A DNA stretch of 64,000 bases. It comes from Planctomycetota bacterium (GTDB taxonomy: Bacteria; Planctomycetota; UBA8108; SXIK01). The DNA is taken from assembly GCA_965223265.1 (NCBI GenBank), contig OZ244999.1, forward strand, positions 3,616,001 to 3,680,000, given 5' to 3'. This document shows, in pieces, positions 28,468 through 39,052 of this stretch (position 1 is its first letter; each line of letters begins with the position of its first letter). Made by a program: the position numbers and the translations under genes. The notes below the pieces were generated by a model, which was not told where the DNA came from, searched no databases, and was given only the letters and a program-made list of their open reading frames with translations.

Positions 28468-29067
28468 TCACGGCGCCGGGAACCGCGCCGCGATTTCATC
28501 CCAGCTCTCAACGCGAGTCACGCGAGAGTGTGTCGCGTCGGCTGACGCGTTCCACGGGCGTGCGAAGAGAGCCACGTGCGTCCGGGTGCGCTCAGAAAGG
28601 AACTCCGTCGTCGCAAGGCAGTCCTCCACGGCGAGTCGAAAATCGGTCGCAGCAATCGAGTCCAGGTCGCTGCCGCGCCCACCGTAACGACCGTACTTGT
28701 CGACGAACGTGACGTCGTCGTGGGGTACCGCATGTGTGCACAACCAGTTGCGCGTCGCTTTCTCCGTCTCAGGGCGCCGTCCGGTCACAATGTGCACCGC
28801 ATAGCCAGAGCGCTGCCAGGCCTCCAGCACACGGAAGGCATCTGTGACCGGAGTGTACCGTTCGATCGTGTCGTCGGCCTCCGCAATCTCGAGGAGTCGA
28901 ACATGCTCGCTCGGATTGAGTGAGAAGGACTTCGCCAAGTCAAACGAAGCGATGCGCTCAAACACAACGCGCCGCCCAAACAGCCGATCCGCCAATCGAA
29001 TCAGCTCTCGCGTGGTCTCACACAACACGTCGTCGATGTCGACATAGATGGCTGGCTTTGCGCTCAC
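28468..29067 (-). CDS. HAD-superfamily 5'(3')-deoxyribonucleotidase-like protein
   Basis: YVDIDDVL, IVTGR...T..WL, VED and PWN...RV.SW motifs. Confidence 0.8.
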   Translation of the reverse strand: MSAKPAIYVDIDDVLCETTRELIRLADRLFGRRVVFERIASFDLAKSFSLNPSEHVRLLEIAEADDTIERYTPVTDAFRVLEAWQRSGYAVHIVTGRRPETEKATRNWLCTHAVPHDDVTFVDKYGRYGGRGSDLDSIAATDFRLAVEDCLATTEFLSERTRTHVALFARPWNASADATHSRVTRVESWDEIAARFPAP

Positions 29068-29119
29068 GTTTCCTGTGGACTCTCATGCTGAAACAAAAGC
29101 GGCACCAGGGTCGAATGTG

Positions 29120-30271
29120 TCATGCAGAGACGTAAGCTTCCGGACGCAGGTCGACGGAAAACTCCGACAAACACTCGAGGCCACTCTCCGTGACAAGATA
29201 GTTATGCTCGATCCGAACGCCAGCACGCAGTTCATCCCCGTAAAGGCCTGGCTCCGCCGTGAAAGCGTCTCCGATCTGGAAATGGTCGTCCCAGTGAGGG
29301 TTCAACCGCGGGGCCTCGTGCGCTGCCATACCGATGCCATGGCCCAGATGGTGAGAAAAACGCCACCCGTTGTGCCCATCGAGGCTGTTGAACACGTGAT
29401 CGTAAATCTCCCGGCAGCTCGCCCCGGGCCGCGCGTGCTCCTCCACGTAACTCAAGGCGGTCAGGACCTTCGCGTGTGCTTCGCTTTGCGCCGCGGTCGC
29501 CTCACCGCCGACGACGAGCGTGCGACAGACGTCTGCGCTGTAGCCACGATAGACAACGGAGACGTCTAGGATCACCATTTCGCCCGCACCGACGGGACGA
29601 GTTCGCGGCAGGCTACCAAGCGATCCGCACTGAAAATCGTTCCCGAATTCGATGATCGGCTCTCCGACACGACTGACAGCGGCGCCGAGCATCTCGGCGT
29701 ATAGATCCACCTCGCGTAAGCCCGGCTGAAGGACTTCTGCCGCGCGCCGATAAGCCGCCTCACATCCTGAAAGGGCGTGGCGCAAAATCGCCACCTCGTC
29801 CGCATCCTTCTGGCGACGCAGGCGCATGATCGCAGCCGAGAGGTCGTCTTCCGCCGCAACGCTGATCCCTCGCTCGCCGAGTGCCCACGCAAGCCCTCGA
29901 CGATCAAAGCCGACGCGTCCGCTACTCTGCAGGTAAGAACCCAGGCGGTCACACAGCGCGGAATCCTGATCGTCGACCAGCGTTGCGCATCGACTTGCCT
30001 CGTACTCGATCACTTCGCCGACGACCGAGTTCTCCACAGTAAACGGAACAAACAACCGGCTCGCGCCGTCGGCATCCAGGAGGAGCGCGCTGCGAAAAAG
30101 CGGTCGTCCCGCATACCAAAACCCCGTTAAGTAGTGAACGTGACGCGGCTGCGCGATCAACGCGGCCTTCAGTCCACGGGCTCGCAGGATCGAACACAAC
30201 CGCTCTTGCCGCGCGCGACAGCCCTCCGTCGTGAGTCCGACGGGTGTATCCTCACGTAGCCTTTCGTGCAC
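29120..30271 (-). CDS. M24 family Xaa-Pro peptidase
   Basis: HYLTGF, LR..KD.DE, VILDV...Y.AD..RT, HHLGHGIG...HE.P, EPGLY and GVRIE motifs. Confidence 0.88.
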   Translation of the reverse strand: MHERLREDTPVGLTTEGCRARQERLCSILRARGLKAALIAQPRHVHYLTGFWYAGRPLFRSALLLDADGASRLFVPFTVENSVVGEVIEYEASRCATLVDDQDSALCDRLGSYLQSSGRVGFDRRGLAWALGERGISVAAEDDLSAAIMRLRRQKDADEVAILRHALSGCEAAYRRAAEVLQPGLREVDLYAEMLGAAVSRVGEPIIEFGNDFQCGSLGSLPRTRPVGAGEMVILDVSVVYRGYSADVCRTLVVGGEATAAQSEAHAKVLTALSYVEEHARPGASCREIYDHVFNSLDGHNGWRFSHHLGHGIGMAAHEAPRLNPHWDDHFQIGDAFTAEPGLYGDELRAGVRIEHNYLVTESGLECLSEFSVDLRPEAYVSA

Positions 30272-30312
30272 GCCTTACCTCGAGTTTGGCGCTCGCTCGG
30301 CGCGAGTCCCCA

Positions 30313-32793
30313 CTACTTCGACTCACTCCCGGCCACCGGAGTTCGATTCTCGGTTCGCGGACGTCTCGTCAACGGCGGCGCCGCCGCGCGCCACACGATC
30401 TCGAACTCTGCTTCGGCAATCGTCCGGCGGTCCCCGTCATGTTGTGCTGCGGCGCGAATGGTCAGCGGCATGTTGAATGGCCCCGCGTCCGCGCCGGCCT
30501 GCAACCGCAACTCGCCACGCGAAGCGTCGGCGGGGAGCACCACCGGGGCGGCGGTGACACCACGAATGTGTGCCGGCAAGATCAGCTCGCAGCGCATGGG
30601 AACAGTGAGCTCAGGACCTCGCAGCACCGTGAATGGCAGTGTGGCGCTCGCTCCAGGCCAAAGAACAACCGTCTCGTGCATGAGCTGAAGATCCAAACGC
30701 GGCGCCACAATGTTCAAAACGCCCTGGGTTCTTTCGCTGTCCGCATAGCAGACCACATGACGCTTCCCGTCAACCTCTACGACGCCGCTCGCTTGAATCA
30801 ACACGCGTGCAGTTCTCGGCGATTCCATTTCTGTCGCCAGATAAAAGGGAAAGTCAAAACGTTCAACGCCGGCAGGAATCGTCAGCACCCCGCCGCGCGC
30901 ACCTTGAAGATGGCGGCGCTGGCGATCGCAAAGCCTCACTTCAAGCGGTCCATCGAATCCGCCTCGCTCCAAGGCAAAGGTAATCCACTGCGTGTCACCG
31001 CGAGTCGCTCGCTTGTAGTACGGCCCCTCTGACTTGAGGGCAAAGGGAGTCTTGAGCCCGATAGCAAGGCGCGCATGATCAATCGTCCCGAGGCCACCTC
31101 CAAGACGGAATTCAGCACTGCGAGAGAAATGGAAGCCGCCGTGCGAGGCGCGCCCGCGGACACGGAGTTGGCTCGAGTCGAGCGGAGCATCGGCGGCGAC
31201 GCTGAATGCGAGACTCGTTTGCGATTTGTCCGCAGCAATTTCTGCGCCGGTCACGCTCACTCCAGGGGGCAGTCCTTCGACCTCAAGAGCAATCGGGCCA
31301 CTCAGCCCACCACGTCGCTCCGCCTGAATCGACAGTCCTCCCTTGCCGGCGCGATCGACGGTGATAGCGTCCGCCCCGAACTTCAACACCAAATCCGGGG
31401 CGTCGCGCAAGAGCGCGTTCAGTCGGTAGGCGAACTCAACTCCACCGCGCGAGGCGTAACGGTCTCGCACGTGGGCGTAGTACGTGCCGTCAGCGGGGAC
31501 GGAGAACTCCAGTGCGGCATCCGTTGTGCCGGCTGTGTCGTCCGCCGCGGCGACTTCTTCACCCGCAGCGTTGGTGAGCCGCAGAAGGGCATCGAGCTTC
31601 GTCCCCAGTCGATGGCCAAAGATCTCAAGACGAACGACACTACCAGCGGTCGCCGCGAAGGCCCAAACGTCGACGTCTTTGCCGCGGTCGACACGCCCGT
31701 TGGCAACGCCTGGCAGCGCCAAGCTTCCGGCGTTGCTGACGGTGTCGTTCGGCTCGTGCTCAAGGGTCTCGGGGACGTCGCTGACCTGAAAAGTGACTTG
31801 GTTCGACCGCTGCTCGCCGATGCGAAAACGGTACGTGTACGCCGGCGCATCAATGCGCGGCAGCTCGACCGCGTTGCGATACAACTCGCGCGAACCATCT
31901 GTGCTGGTATCGCCGGCTACAAACTCAACGCGGCTCCCCTTGCGGCCGCCCAGGGGATAAATCCACTCCGCAGTCGCCCCCTCAACGATCGTCATGCGGT
32001 AGACGTGATCCTGCGCGCCCGCAAAGCCGATATCGTGGATCCGCAGTGTGTGCAGTCCGTCCGCGACGGCTCTGAAGTGTAGGCGCGCGTCTTGCGAGCG
32101 CGTGCCGATCGCCTCCGCGACGCTCCGTCCTTCAGGGCCCACGACCTCGATGCGAGCATCGAGTGGCGAGGCGATGAGCCGTGCGGTAACTTCCACCGAG
32201 TAGTCACGACCACGCTTACAGGCGAAGCTCCACAGATCGACATCCTCATGCGGGTAGATCCGTCCATTGACAGTGACCGGCAGGTCCACCTCTTGCGGGA
32301 GTGGTCGCCCATCGATCTCAGCCTCAACGACCTCCGGGAGGTCCCCAACGATGAACGGCTTCGCGCTCGTAACGCCTTGCGCGTTCCACAGGCGCCAGTA
32401 ATACGTGCCAAGCGACACATCCTCGTCGACCTCGGCGTGGCCCGCATAGTCCACGGGGTAGTCCTTCGGGCCGTTGGAGACCGGCCGGGTGACCATCGGC
32501 CCCTGAAACCAAACCTCTTCCGCGCGCGTCAGCGTCCGCGGCGCCTTGATGCCGTTCGTTGTCGTCGCACCCACGAGTTCAAAATGAGGCTGGTCATGGA
32601 GAAAGAGGCCTCCGATCCGCAGCTCCACGTCGGTGCCGCGCTGCGCGCCGGCAGGAAATATGTAGCTGGCGACCGGATGGTAATAGGGCGCTGCCGCTAA
32701 CGGCGACGCGATCAGCATCGCCGTTGCCACGGCGGCGACCGTTCCCCTTGCGCGCGAGGCCGCTCGTCCCTGTTTTCGCTCGCTTGCCGTCAT
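30313..32793 (-). CDS. Secreted PPC (pre-peptidase C-terminal) repeat protein, planctomycete type
   Basis: Signal peptide; IFPAGAQRGT, PVTVNGRI...DVD, A..I.SPLD, E.EPND and F..PADGTY repeats. Confidence 0.85.
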   Translation of the reverse strand: MTASERKQGRAASRARGTVAAVATAMLIASPLAAAPYYHPVASYIFPAGAQRGTDVELRIGGLFLHDQPHFELVGATTTNGIKAPRTLTRAEEVWFQGPMVTRPVSNGPKDYPVDYAGHAEVDEDVSLGTYYWRLWNAQGVTSAKPFIVGDLPEVVEAEIDGRPLPQEVDLPVTVNGRIYPHEDVDLWSFACKRGRDYSVEVTARLIASPLDARIEVVGPEGRSVAEAIGTRSQDARLHFRAVADGLHTLRIHDIGFAGAQDHVYRMTIVEGATAEWIYPLGGRKGSRVEFVAGDTSTDGSRELYRNAVELPRIDAPAYTYRFRIGEQRSNQVTFQVSDVPETLEHEPNDTVSNAGSLALPGVANGRVDRGKDVDVWAFAATAGSVVRLEIFGHRLGTKLDALLRLTNAAGEEVAAADDTAGTTDAALEFSVPADGTYYAHVRDRYASRGGVEFAYRLNALLRDAPDLVLKFGADAITVDRAGKGGLSIQAERRGGLSGPIALEVEGLPPGVSVTGAEIAADKSQTSLAFSVAADAPLDSSQLRVRGRASHGGFHFSRSAEFRLGGGLGTIDHARLAIGLKTPFALKSEGPYYKRATRGDTQWITFALERGGFDGPLEVRLCDRQRRHLQGARGGVLTIPAGVERFDFPFYLATEMESPRTARVLIQASGVVEVDGKRHVVCYADSERTQGVLNIVAPRLDLQLMHETVVLWPGASATLPFTVLRGPELTVPMRCELILPAHIRGVTAAPVVLPADASRGELRLQAGADAGPFNMPLTIRAAAQHDGDRRTIAEAEFEIVWRAAAPPLTRRPRTENRTPVAGSESK

Positions 32794-32802
32794 CGCCGAT
32801 CC

Positions 32803-34182
32803 CTACAGCATGCCGCTCATGACGGAACCGCCGTCGACGATCTTGAACGGTCGCCCTTCGGCGGAATGGAATTCCTCGTCGGGGTTGATCCCCATGAGGT
32901 GATGGATCGTCGCCGCCAGATCCTCCGGGCCGTGCGGCTTGTCAGCCGGTTTCGACGCGGTCGCATCGGTGCGGCCGAGCACACGACCACCTTGGATGCC
33001 GCCGCCGCCCATGGCCACGGTAAACGCCGGCCCCCAGTGGTCGCGACCCGCAGCCGCGTTGATCCGCGGCGTGCGACCAAACTCACCGGTAACGACGACG
33101 AGCGTCGTCTCGAGCATGCCGCGCTCACTGAGATCTCGAAACAGCGACGCCATGGCGCGATCCAGCGCGGGAAGCAGCTCCTCCTTGAGCAGTTTAAAGT
33201 TATCACCGTGCGTGTCCCAATCGGTGTGCTCGATCGTCACGCAGCGCACTCCTGCCTCGACGAGTCGCCGTGCCATGAGGCAGCTCTGACCGAGCGTGTT
33301 GCGTCCATAGTCGTCGCGCAGTTTCGGTGTTTCGAGGTTGATGTCAAACGCCTTGCGCGCCGCAGCCGACGTCATGAGGCTAAACGCTTTGTCGCGGAAG
33401 ACATTGAGCGCGCGAGCGCCGTCGTTCACCTCCGCCTCCGCAGCTTGTTCGAATCGCCCAAGGCGATCGAGGAGCCCCTGACGCGAATCAAGCCGACTCG
33501 CATCGACGCTAAACGGTGGCAGCAAATCTGGCACCGAGAAGTTTGGCGAGTTCGGATCGGCGCCGATGACAAACGGAGCGTACGCGGGGCCGAGATATGC
33601 CGCCCCCGCACTTTTGTGCATACTCGGCAGGCACACAAACGGCGGCACCGTACCGCGTGGGCCTAGCTTCCGCGCGATGATCGATCCATGCGAGGGGCGT
33701 TCGTTGTTTGGCGACAGCTTGGCGTTGAAGGCTGGCGTCGGATGATACCCGGTCAACATGTAGTGGTCCGCGATGCCGTGGTTCGACTGCGGGTGACTGA
33801 ACGAACGGATGAGCGAGAACTTATCCACCTGCTGCGCGACGTTTGGCAGATGCTCGCACACCTGGATGCCATCGACGTTGGTGTTGATCGGGTTGAACTC
33901 GCCGCGGATTTCCCGCGGCGCATCCGGCTTCATGTCAAACGTGTCGATCGTGCTGAGTCCGCCGCGAAGGAAAACGATCACCAGGGAGATGTCGCTCTTC
34001 GACTTTGCGGTGGCCCCCTCAGACGCGGCAGCGGCGCGCGCCAGCTCCTGCCGTTCGAGGATGTACGGCAGCGACAAACCCATGCCGAAGAGCCCGGCGC
34101 TGCCGACGCGCAGTACGTCGCGTCGCCTGAGCCCATCGCAGTGGCGTCGTCCAGGTTGAATTCTCCGAGTCATGCGAGTCAC
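32803..34182 (-). CDS. DUF1501 domain protein
   Basis: HCDGLRRRDVL, GGLSTIDTFDMKP, ARRLVEAGVR, WDTH and EFGRTP...GRDHW motifs. Confidence 0.93.
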   Translation of the reverse strand: MTRMTRRIQPGRRHCDGLRRRDVLRVGSAGLFGMGLSLPYILERQELARAAAASEGATAKSKSDISLVIVFLRGGLSTIDTFDMKPDAPREIRGEFNPINTNVDGIQVCEHLPNVAQQVDKFSLIRSFSHPQSNHGIADHYMLTGYHPTPAFNAKLSPNNERPSHGSIIARKLGPRGTVPPFVCLPSMHKSAGAAYLGPAYAPFVIGADPNSPNFSVPDLLPPFSVDASRLDSRQGLLDRLGRFEQAAEAEVNDGARALNVFRDKAFSLMTSAAARKAFDINLETPKLRDDYGRNTLGQSCLMARRLVEAGVRCVTIEHTDWDTHGDNFKLLKEELLPALDRAMASLFRDLSERGMLETTLVVVTGEFGRTPRINAAAGRDHWGPAFTVAMGGGGIQGGRVLGRTDATASKPADKPHGPEDLAATIHHLMGINPDEEFHSAEGRPFKIVDGGSVMSGML

Positions 34183-34211
34183 TCCGTTACGTCCTCAGCT
34201 GTTAGTGATTC

Positions 34212-36722
34212 TTAGTGATTCATAGTGAATTCGAGCGAGTTGAGCAGGCTCCACGCGATGTCGATGGCGCCGTCGACGCGTCCGCCGGACCGATCCGCGC
34301 GCGCATCTCGCAAATAACGTAGCGCTGCATCGCGTTCTCGCGCATTGGGATGGCGACTGACGAACGTCAAATAGATCTCCCTGAGTAGCTGCTCGTCGTC
34401 ATCGACTTCACGTGCCAGTTGCGCCACCCGACCACCTTGGTGGGCCAGCTTGGCGTGAATCTGCGGCGAGTTGAGGAGGTGGAGCACCTGCGCGACACTC
34501 GGCTCGTTGGCGCGTTCGCATTCGCAGGCGGTCTTGCGCACCGGCCGCCCGAACAGCCCGAGGAAGTAGTGCTTCACTCCGCTATCCCATAGCTCGATGG
34601 CTCGCTGTCCCGCCGGCGTGCCCGCGAACTTTTCGTCGATGCCGGTGGCGTGCGAGATCGCATCGAGAAGCACCTCCGCCTCAAGCGGCTTGAGGAGCGC
34701 GCGCGAATAGTTCTGCGAGTCGCGACGGTTCGTCGCATTGGGGGACGTCGAGCGCTGATAGGTGCGCGAAGCAGTGATGGCTCGTATCAGAGCCTTCAAA
34801 TCGAAGCCGCTTGCCGTCAGTTGCGCGGCGAGACTATCCAAAAGCTCGCGATTGCTCGGGGGATTCGTCGCCCGCACATCGTCGACAGGGTCGACGATCC
34901 CGCGCCCCATGAAATGGGCCCAAACACGATTCGCCAGGTTGCGCGCAAACCACTCGTTGTCGGCGGAGGTTAACCACTCGGCGAGCACAAGGCGACGATC
35001 GCCGGATACAGGACGCTCTGGTTCGCGCGTCCCAAGCGCGTGGGCGTAGACCACCTTGCCGGTGCGCGGGTGGAACGTCTCAGCGCTGCCGTCTGCCAAA
35101 AGCGCCTCGCCGCCGTCCGGAGTCTTCTTCGTCTGGAGCGCAGCGAAGAAGTCGCTCATGCCATAGTAGTCGTTCTGGCTCCAACGATCCGACGGATGAT
35201 GGTGACACTGAGCGCACTCGATGCGAACGCCGAGGAACACTTGCGAGACGGTGCTCGCTCGGGCTCCCGGCTCTTTGACGACACGAAAAAGGCCTCCTTG
35301 CGGGGCGCTCTCCTCGGGACCTTCCGCAGTGAGGATTTCGCTGACGAAGCGGTCCATGGGTTTGTTCTGCGCGAAACTCGCCCGAATCCAGCGGTAGTAG
35401 GCGTACGCGCCTCGATAGCCGAGGACGGCCCGGTCCACTCGCAGGAGATCCGACCATTTGAGAGCCCAATACGCGGCGTACTCTGGGCGCTCGAGAAGAC
35501 GATCGACGAGAAGGGCGCGGCGGTCAGGCCGTGCGTCAGCAAGAAAGCTTCGTGTCTCCTCCGGCGTCGGAAGCGTCCCGATGATGTCGATGTGAGCGCG
35601 GCGAAGAAAATCGCTATCCGCGCAGAGACCCGAGGGGACGATATTCAACTTTTTGAGCTTCGCGTGCACAAAGCCATCGATGAAGTTGTTGTCGACGAAA
35701 TTTGCTGCCGCCAAGTCGGCATGGGCGTCTAACGGCTCGCTACGAGGGATCAAGGGCTCGAAGAGGCCGACGTGTCCCATATAGTTCGCCATGATCGCAG
35801 CCTGGCCGGGCACCTGAGCGACGGAGACCAGGCCGTGCTCGTTGACGCTTGCGACGCCATCATTGTTGGACTGATAGCGCGCGGACGAGGTCACATCGAT
35901 CGAGCGACCGTTCGACAGGTGCGCAATGACTCGCAGCTGCTGTGTGGAGCCCATCTCCAGGCGCCGCTGACGCGGCAGGACCTCGATGCGCGTTGAGGAC
36001 GGCGCGTCGGCCGCGCCGCGCGGCAGGCCGGCCTCTATCCAGCCGCGAAGCACTTCGTATGGCCACGATGCAGCATCGAAACGTTCTCCACCGCCGTGGG
36101 GCATACCGCCCGCCGCCTTGAGGAGCAGCAAGCTGCGCTGCGGCGCGGCCACCGACACGCGCCGTCCACGCGCTTCGTGGGCGAGCGCCTCGTAGTCAGC
36201 TTCCACGTTGAAGCCGAAAACCGATAGCTTGAAACCGTTTTGGCCCTCGGCTTTGCCGTGGCAGCCCGAGCCGTTGCATCCGAAGCGCGTCAGAATGGGA
36301 AGGATGTCGTGCTCGAAGTGAAACTGTCGCGGCGTCTCGAACTCCTCCACAGTCACGTCGACCACGAAACGTTTGCCGTGGAGCTCGACCGCGACCTGAC
36401 CGGTACCCGTCGAGGTGCCGCGGACGACGCCAAGCTCATCGACCCGGACAACGTTCGGGGTCAGCGAGGAGTATGCCGCATCGAAGGTGAGATCGACGTC
36501 GTTACCTCGCGGCGTGCGGCCGTGGACCAGTAGGCCATGAGACTCGTGCGCGCCGCGTAGGGCGATGCGCTGCGGTTCGACGCTGACAACCTCCACCTCA
36601 GTTGCGACGACGACGGAAGACGACAGACACACGCCAACCAGGTACGCCAGAAGGGCGCAGCGCTTTCCGAGCGCTGAGGCGTGCAAAAAAGTCATGAAAG
36701 GGGTCATCAAAGGCGTGTCCAC
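34212..36722 (-). CDS. DUF1549/DUF1553 domain protein with Ig-like domains
   Basis: CNGSGCHG...GFKLS, FLRRAHIDIIGTLPT, CAQCHHHP, NRVWAHFMGRGIVDPVDD and CECER motifs. True start may be slightly downstream. Confidence 0.92.
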   Translation of the reverse strand: MDTPLMTPFMTFLHASALGKRCALLAYLVGVCLSSSVVVATEVEVVSVEPQRIALRGAHESHGLLVHGRTPRGNDVDLTFDAAYSSLTPNVVRVDELGVVRGTSTGTGQVAVELHGKRFVVDVTVEEFETPRQFHFEHDILPILTRFGCNGSGCHGKAEGQNGFKLSVFGFNVEADYEALAHEARGRRVSVAAPQRSLLLLKAAGGMPHGGGERFDAASWPYEVLRGWIEAGLPRGAADAPSSTRIEVLPRQRRLEMGSTQQLRVIAHLSNGRSIDVTSSARYQSNNDGVASVNEHGLVSVAQVPGQAAIMANYMGHVGLFEPLIPRSEPLDAHADLAAANFVDNNFIDGFVHAKLKKLNIVPSGLCADSDFLRRAHIDIIGTLPTPEETRSFLADARPDRRALLVDRLLERPEYAAYWALKWSDLLRVDRAVLGYRGAYAYYRWIRASFAQNKPMDRFVSEILTAEGPEESAPQGGLFRVVKEPGARASTVSQVFLGVRIECAQCHHHPSDRWSQNDYYGMSDFFAALQTKKTPDGGEALLADGSAETFHPRTGKVVYAHALGTREPERPVSGDRRLVLAEWLTSADNEWFARNLANRVWAHFMGRGIVDPVDDVRATNPPSNRELLDSLAAQLTASGFDLKALIRAITASRTYQRSTSPNATNRRDSQNYSRALLKPLEAEVLLDAISHATGIDEKFAGTPAGQRAIELWDSGVKHYFLGLFGRPVRKTACECERANEPSVAQVLHLLNSPQIHAKLAHQGGRVAQLAREVDDDEQLLREIYLTFVSRHPNARERDAALRYLRDARADRSGGRVDGAIDIAWSLLNSLEFTMNH

Positions 36723-37181
36723 GCGTCCCCGCGCTCCTTACAAGAACGTATTCCTTCAGTCATGTGGGCGCGGCGTGGCTGAGAACCAAACCTCGTGCGC
36801 CTTCGCGTGCACGGCGCTGGACTCGCTCGCAGCCTGCCTCAGGCGCGCTTCCTCGACCGCGTAGGCCCCTTGATAATAGACTTAACTCTTGCCTATTTCA
36901 AGTGTTAGATGGTCTCCACGGGCGACAGCGACCGCCAGACGCGCAGGAGTCGTCGAAGACGTCCGCCTGGGCGCCCTCTGGGGCACGACCGCATGCGCCG
37001 ATCAACGCCCTCGCGACACTCGGGTCGAGCCAATTCGGCGTCGAGTTGCTGCGGTCAATTGGGAGCCTTTCCTCCTCGGGTAGTTGTCGCAAACCGCAGC
37101 GGGAGGTGCATGCTTCAATAACGCAAGAACACCGTCTCATGAGTCAGCTTCCGAATCGCGCTGGATAGAGGGGAAAGCAAT

Positions 37182-37736
37182 ATGAGTCGATCCAGACAGA
37201 AGACGATTGCCGCGGCGATTGCGCTCGCCGGAATCGCCACGCTCTTCGTCACCGGGCTCTTCTTCCGTAGCTCCCTGCGTGAGTGGTACGACGTGTGGCG
37301 ATTCCCGTGGGGGAAGCCGGTCGACGGCATCCAGGTGCGCCTGCAGCCGCACCGGCTCGTCTGGAACAGCGGTGAAGATCCGACCTTCACACTGCAGCTG
37401 AGGAACACAGGGACGAGAAGGCTCGCCATATATTCTCTTGCGTCGCTCGTTTTAGAGCTCGACGACGAGATCTTCGGCCCGAAGGTCTGGTTTAGATCCG
37501 GCTTCATCAAGCTTCAACCTTTCGAGACGGGTAACGCATACGATTTCCACATCGCAGTCGGGCAGTTTGGAGGAGGCGAGCAACTGGCCTCCGGAAAGCA
37601 CTCCGTCCGCGTCGCTCTACTGGACAACGCCTCTGCGGACAACTTGGGATTCTCCACCACCCTCGCCAACTATCCGGACACCGCGCTCGCGTTCAGTCGC
37701 ACCGTCACGATCCAGGTCGTCGCCACGAAGCAGTGA
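37182..37736 (+). CDS. Hypothetical membrane-anchored or secreted protein
   Basis: GAGG RBS; N-terminal TM segment; WGKPVDGIQVRL followed by a predicted beta-sandwich. Confidence 0.7.
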   Translation: MSRSRQKTIAAAIALAGIATLFVTGLFFRSSLREWYDVWRFPWGKPVDGIQVRLQPHRLVWNSGEDPTFTLQLRNTGTRRLAIYSLASLVLELDDEIFGPKVWFRSGFIKLQPFETGNAYDFHIAVGQFGGGEQLASGKHSVRVALLDNASADNLGFSTTLANYPDTALAFSRTVTIQVVATKQ

Positions 37737-37867
37737 GCCGAAGAGAACACCCGCAAGACGGGCAGCGTCGACTTCCCGGAGTGGGATGATGAGTGAAAGG
37801 TGTGGAGTGCGATGAGATCGGGTCGAAGTCGTGTCGACGGAAGTGCCGCCTCGTCGCGACGCCTGAC

Positions 37868-39052
37868 TCACACGTCGATCGCTGAAGAACGATAGAGCAC
37901 TCGCCCGCCGACCTGGATCTCAACATCGACGAGGTAGCGCTGAATCGCCTGCGGGTCGAGGTCGATCCCGAGGCCCGGCCGGGGTGGGACCTCGATGAGA
38001 CCGTCGCCGCGGCGCTCGAGTCGGTTCGTAGAGAGATCGACGGCGAGCTGCGTCGTCGCCACGGGATACTCGCAGAGCGAGTGCCGCTCGAGCCCGGCGA
38101 ACGGCTGCAGCGACGCGCTCAGCGCCAGCTGCGTCGTGAAGGTGTGATTGACAAACGTTTTGCCGGCGCCGTCTGTGATGCGAGCGACTTCGGTCGCCGA
38201 CGTGATGCCGCCGATGCGACCGGCGTCGATCTGCACGAACGCGATTCCGCCATGATCGATCATGGCGCGCGCCATTCCCGGCGTATGGCAGCCTTCCGCG
38301 CCCGCCAGCGGCACACGAGGAGTCATGTCGGCGAGACGACGATATGATGAGAGCGCGTCCGTCACGAACGGCTCCTCAAGCCAAGTCACCGCTGCGGCCT
38401 CGAGCAATGGCAGCCGCGCAGCGGCGCCGTCGACGTCCTCCTCGCCCCAAACCGTTCCTGCGTCGACCATGAGATCGGCGTCGCGGCCGAGCCCCTCACG
38501 TGCGGCGTTGACCTGATCGGCGTCGGCCGCCACGTCACCGTGCCCGAACGGGCCCCAGCCGAACTTCGCCGCGCTGTAGCCCGCCGCTCGGATGCCTCGC
38601 GCCGTCTCGAGCGTCGCCTGCGCGTCGGATCCGAAGAGTACCGATGCGTACGGCCGCTTGGCAAACGCGCGGCGAACGCCAAGAAGTTCATAGACGGGTG
38701 TCTGGAGTCGTTTGCCCAGAAGGTCCCACAGCGCGATGTCGATGCCGGAAAGCGTGTGATCGGTCTGCAGCAGATCGAGACTCTTTCGGCGCACGAGTGC
38801 GTGGATGCGCGCGATGTCGCGGACCTCCTCGAGACGCTGTCCGAGCACCGAGTCGATGATCGGACGACAGGCGGAGTGCGACATAGGCGCCACCCAACTG
38901 GCGAGCGAGACGAGCGGAGCCGCCTCACACTCACCCCAGCCCTCGGTGGAGCCCGAGCGTATACGCACCAGTAACGCGTCTTGGCTGCCGTCGGCGATGT
39001 CGAGGACTTCGGGCATGCGAACGTAAAAGAAATCGACTGCGTCAATCTTCAT
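37868..39052 (-). CDS. Mandelate racemase/muconate lactonizing enzyme family protein
   Basis: GWGECEA, SGIDIALWDLLGK, PYAS, KFGW, LMVDAG, WLEEP and PGLG motifs. Start MKID at 39052 overlaps the MFS stop (ATGA). Confidence 0.9.
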   Translation of the reverse strand: MKIDAVDFFYVRMPEVLDIADGSQDALLVRIRSGSTEGWGECEAAPLVSLASWVAPMSHSACRPIIDSVLGQRLEEVRDIARIHALVRRKSLDLLQTDHTLSGIDIALWDLLGKRLQTPVYELLGVRRAFAKRPYASVLFGSDAQATLETARGIRAAGYSAAKFGWGPFGHGDVAADADQVNAAREGLGRDADLMVDAGTVWGEEDVDGAAARLPLLEAAAVTWLEEPFVTDALSSYRRLADMTPRVPLAGAEGCHTPGMARAMIDHGGIAFVQIDAGRIGGITSATEVARITDGAGKTFVNHTFTTQLALSASLQPFAGLERHSLCEYPVATTQLAVDLSTNRLERRGDGLIEVPPRPGLGIDLDPQAIQRYLVDVEIQVGGRVLYRSSAIDV

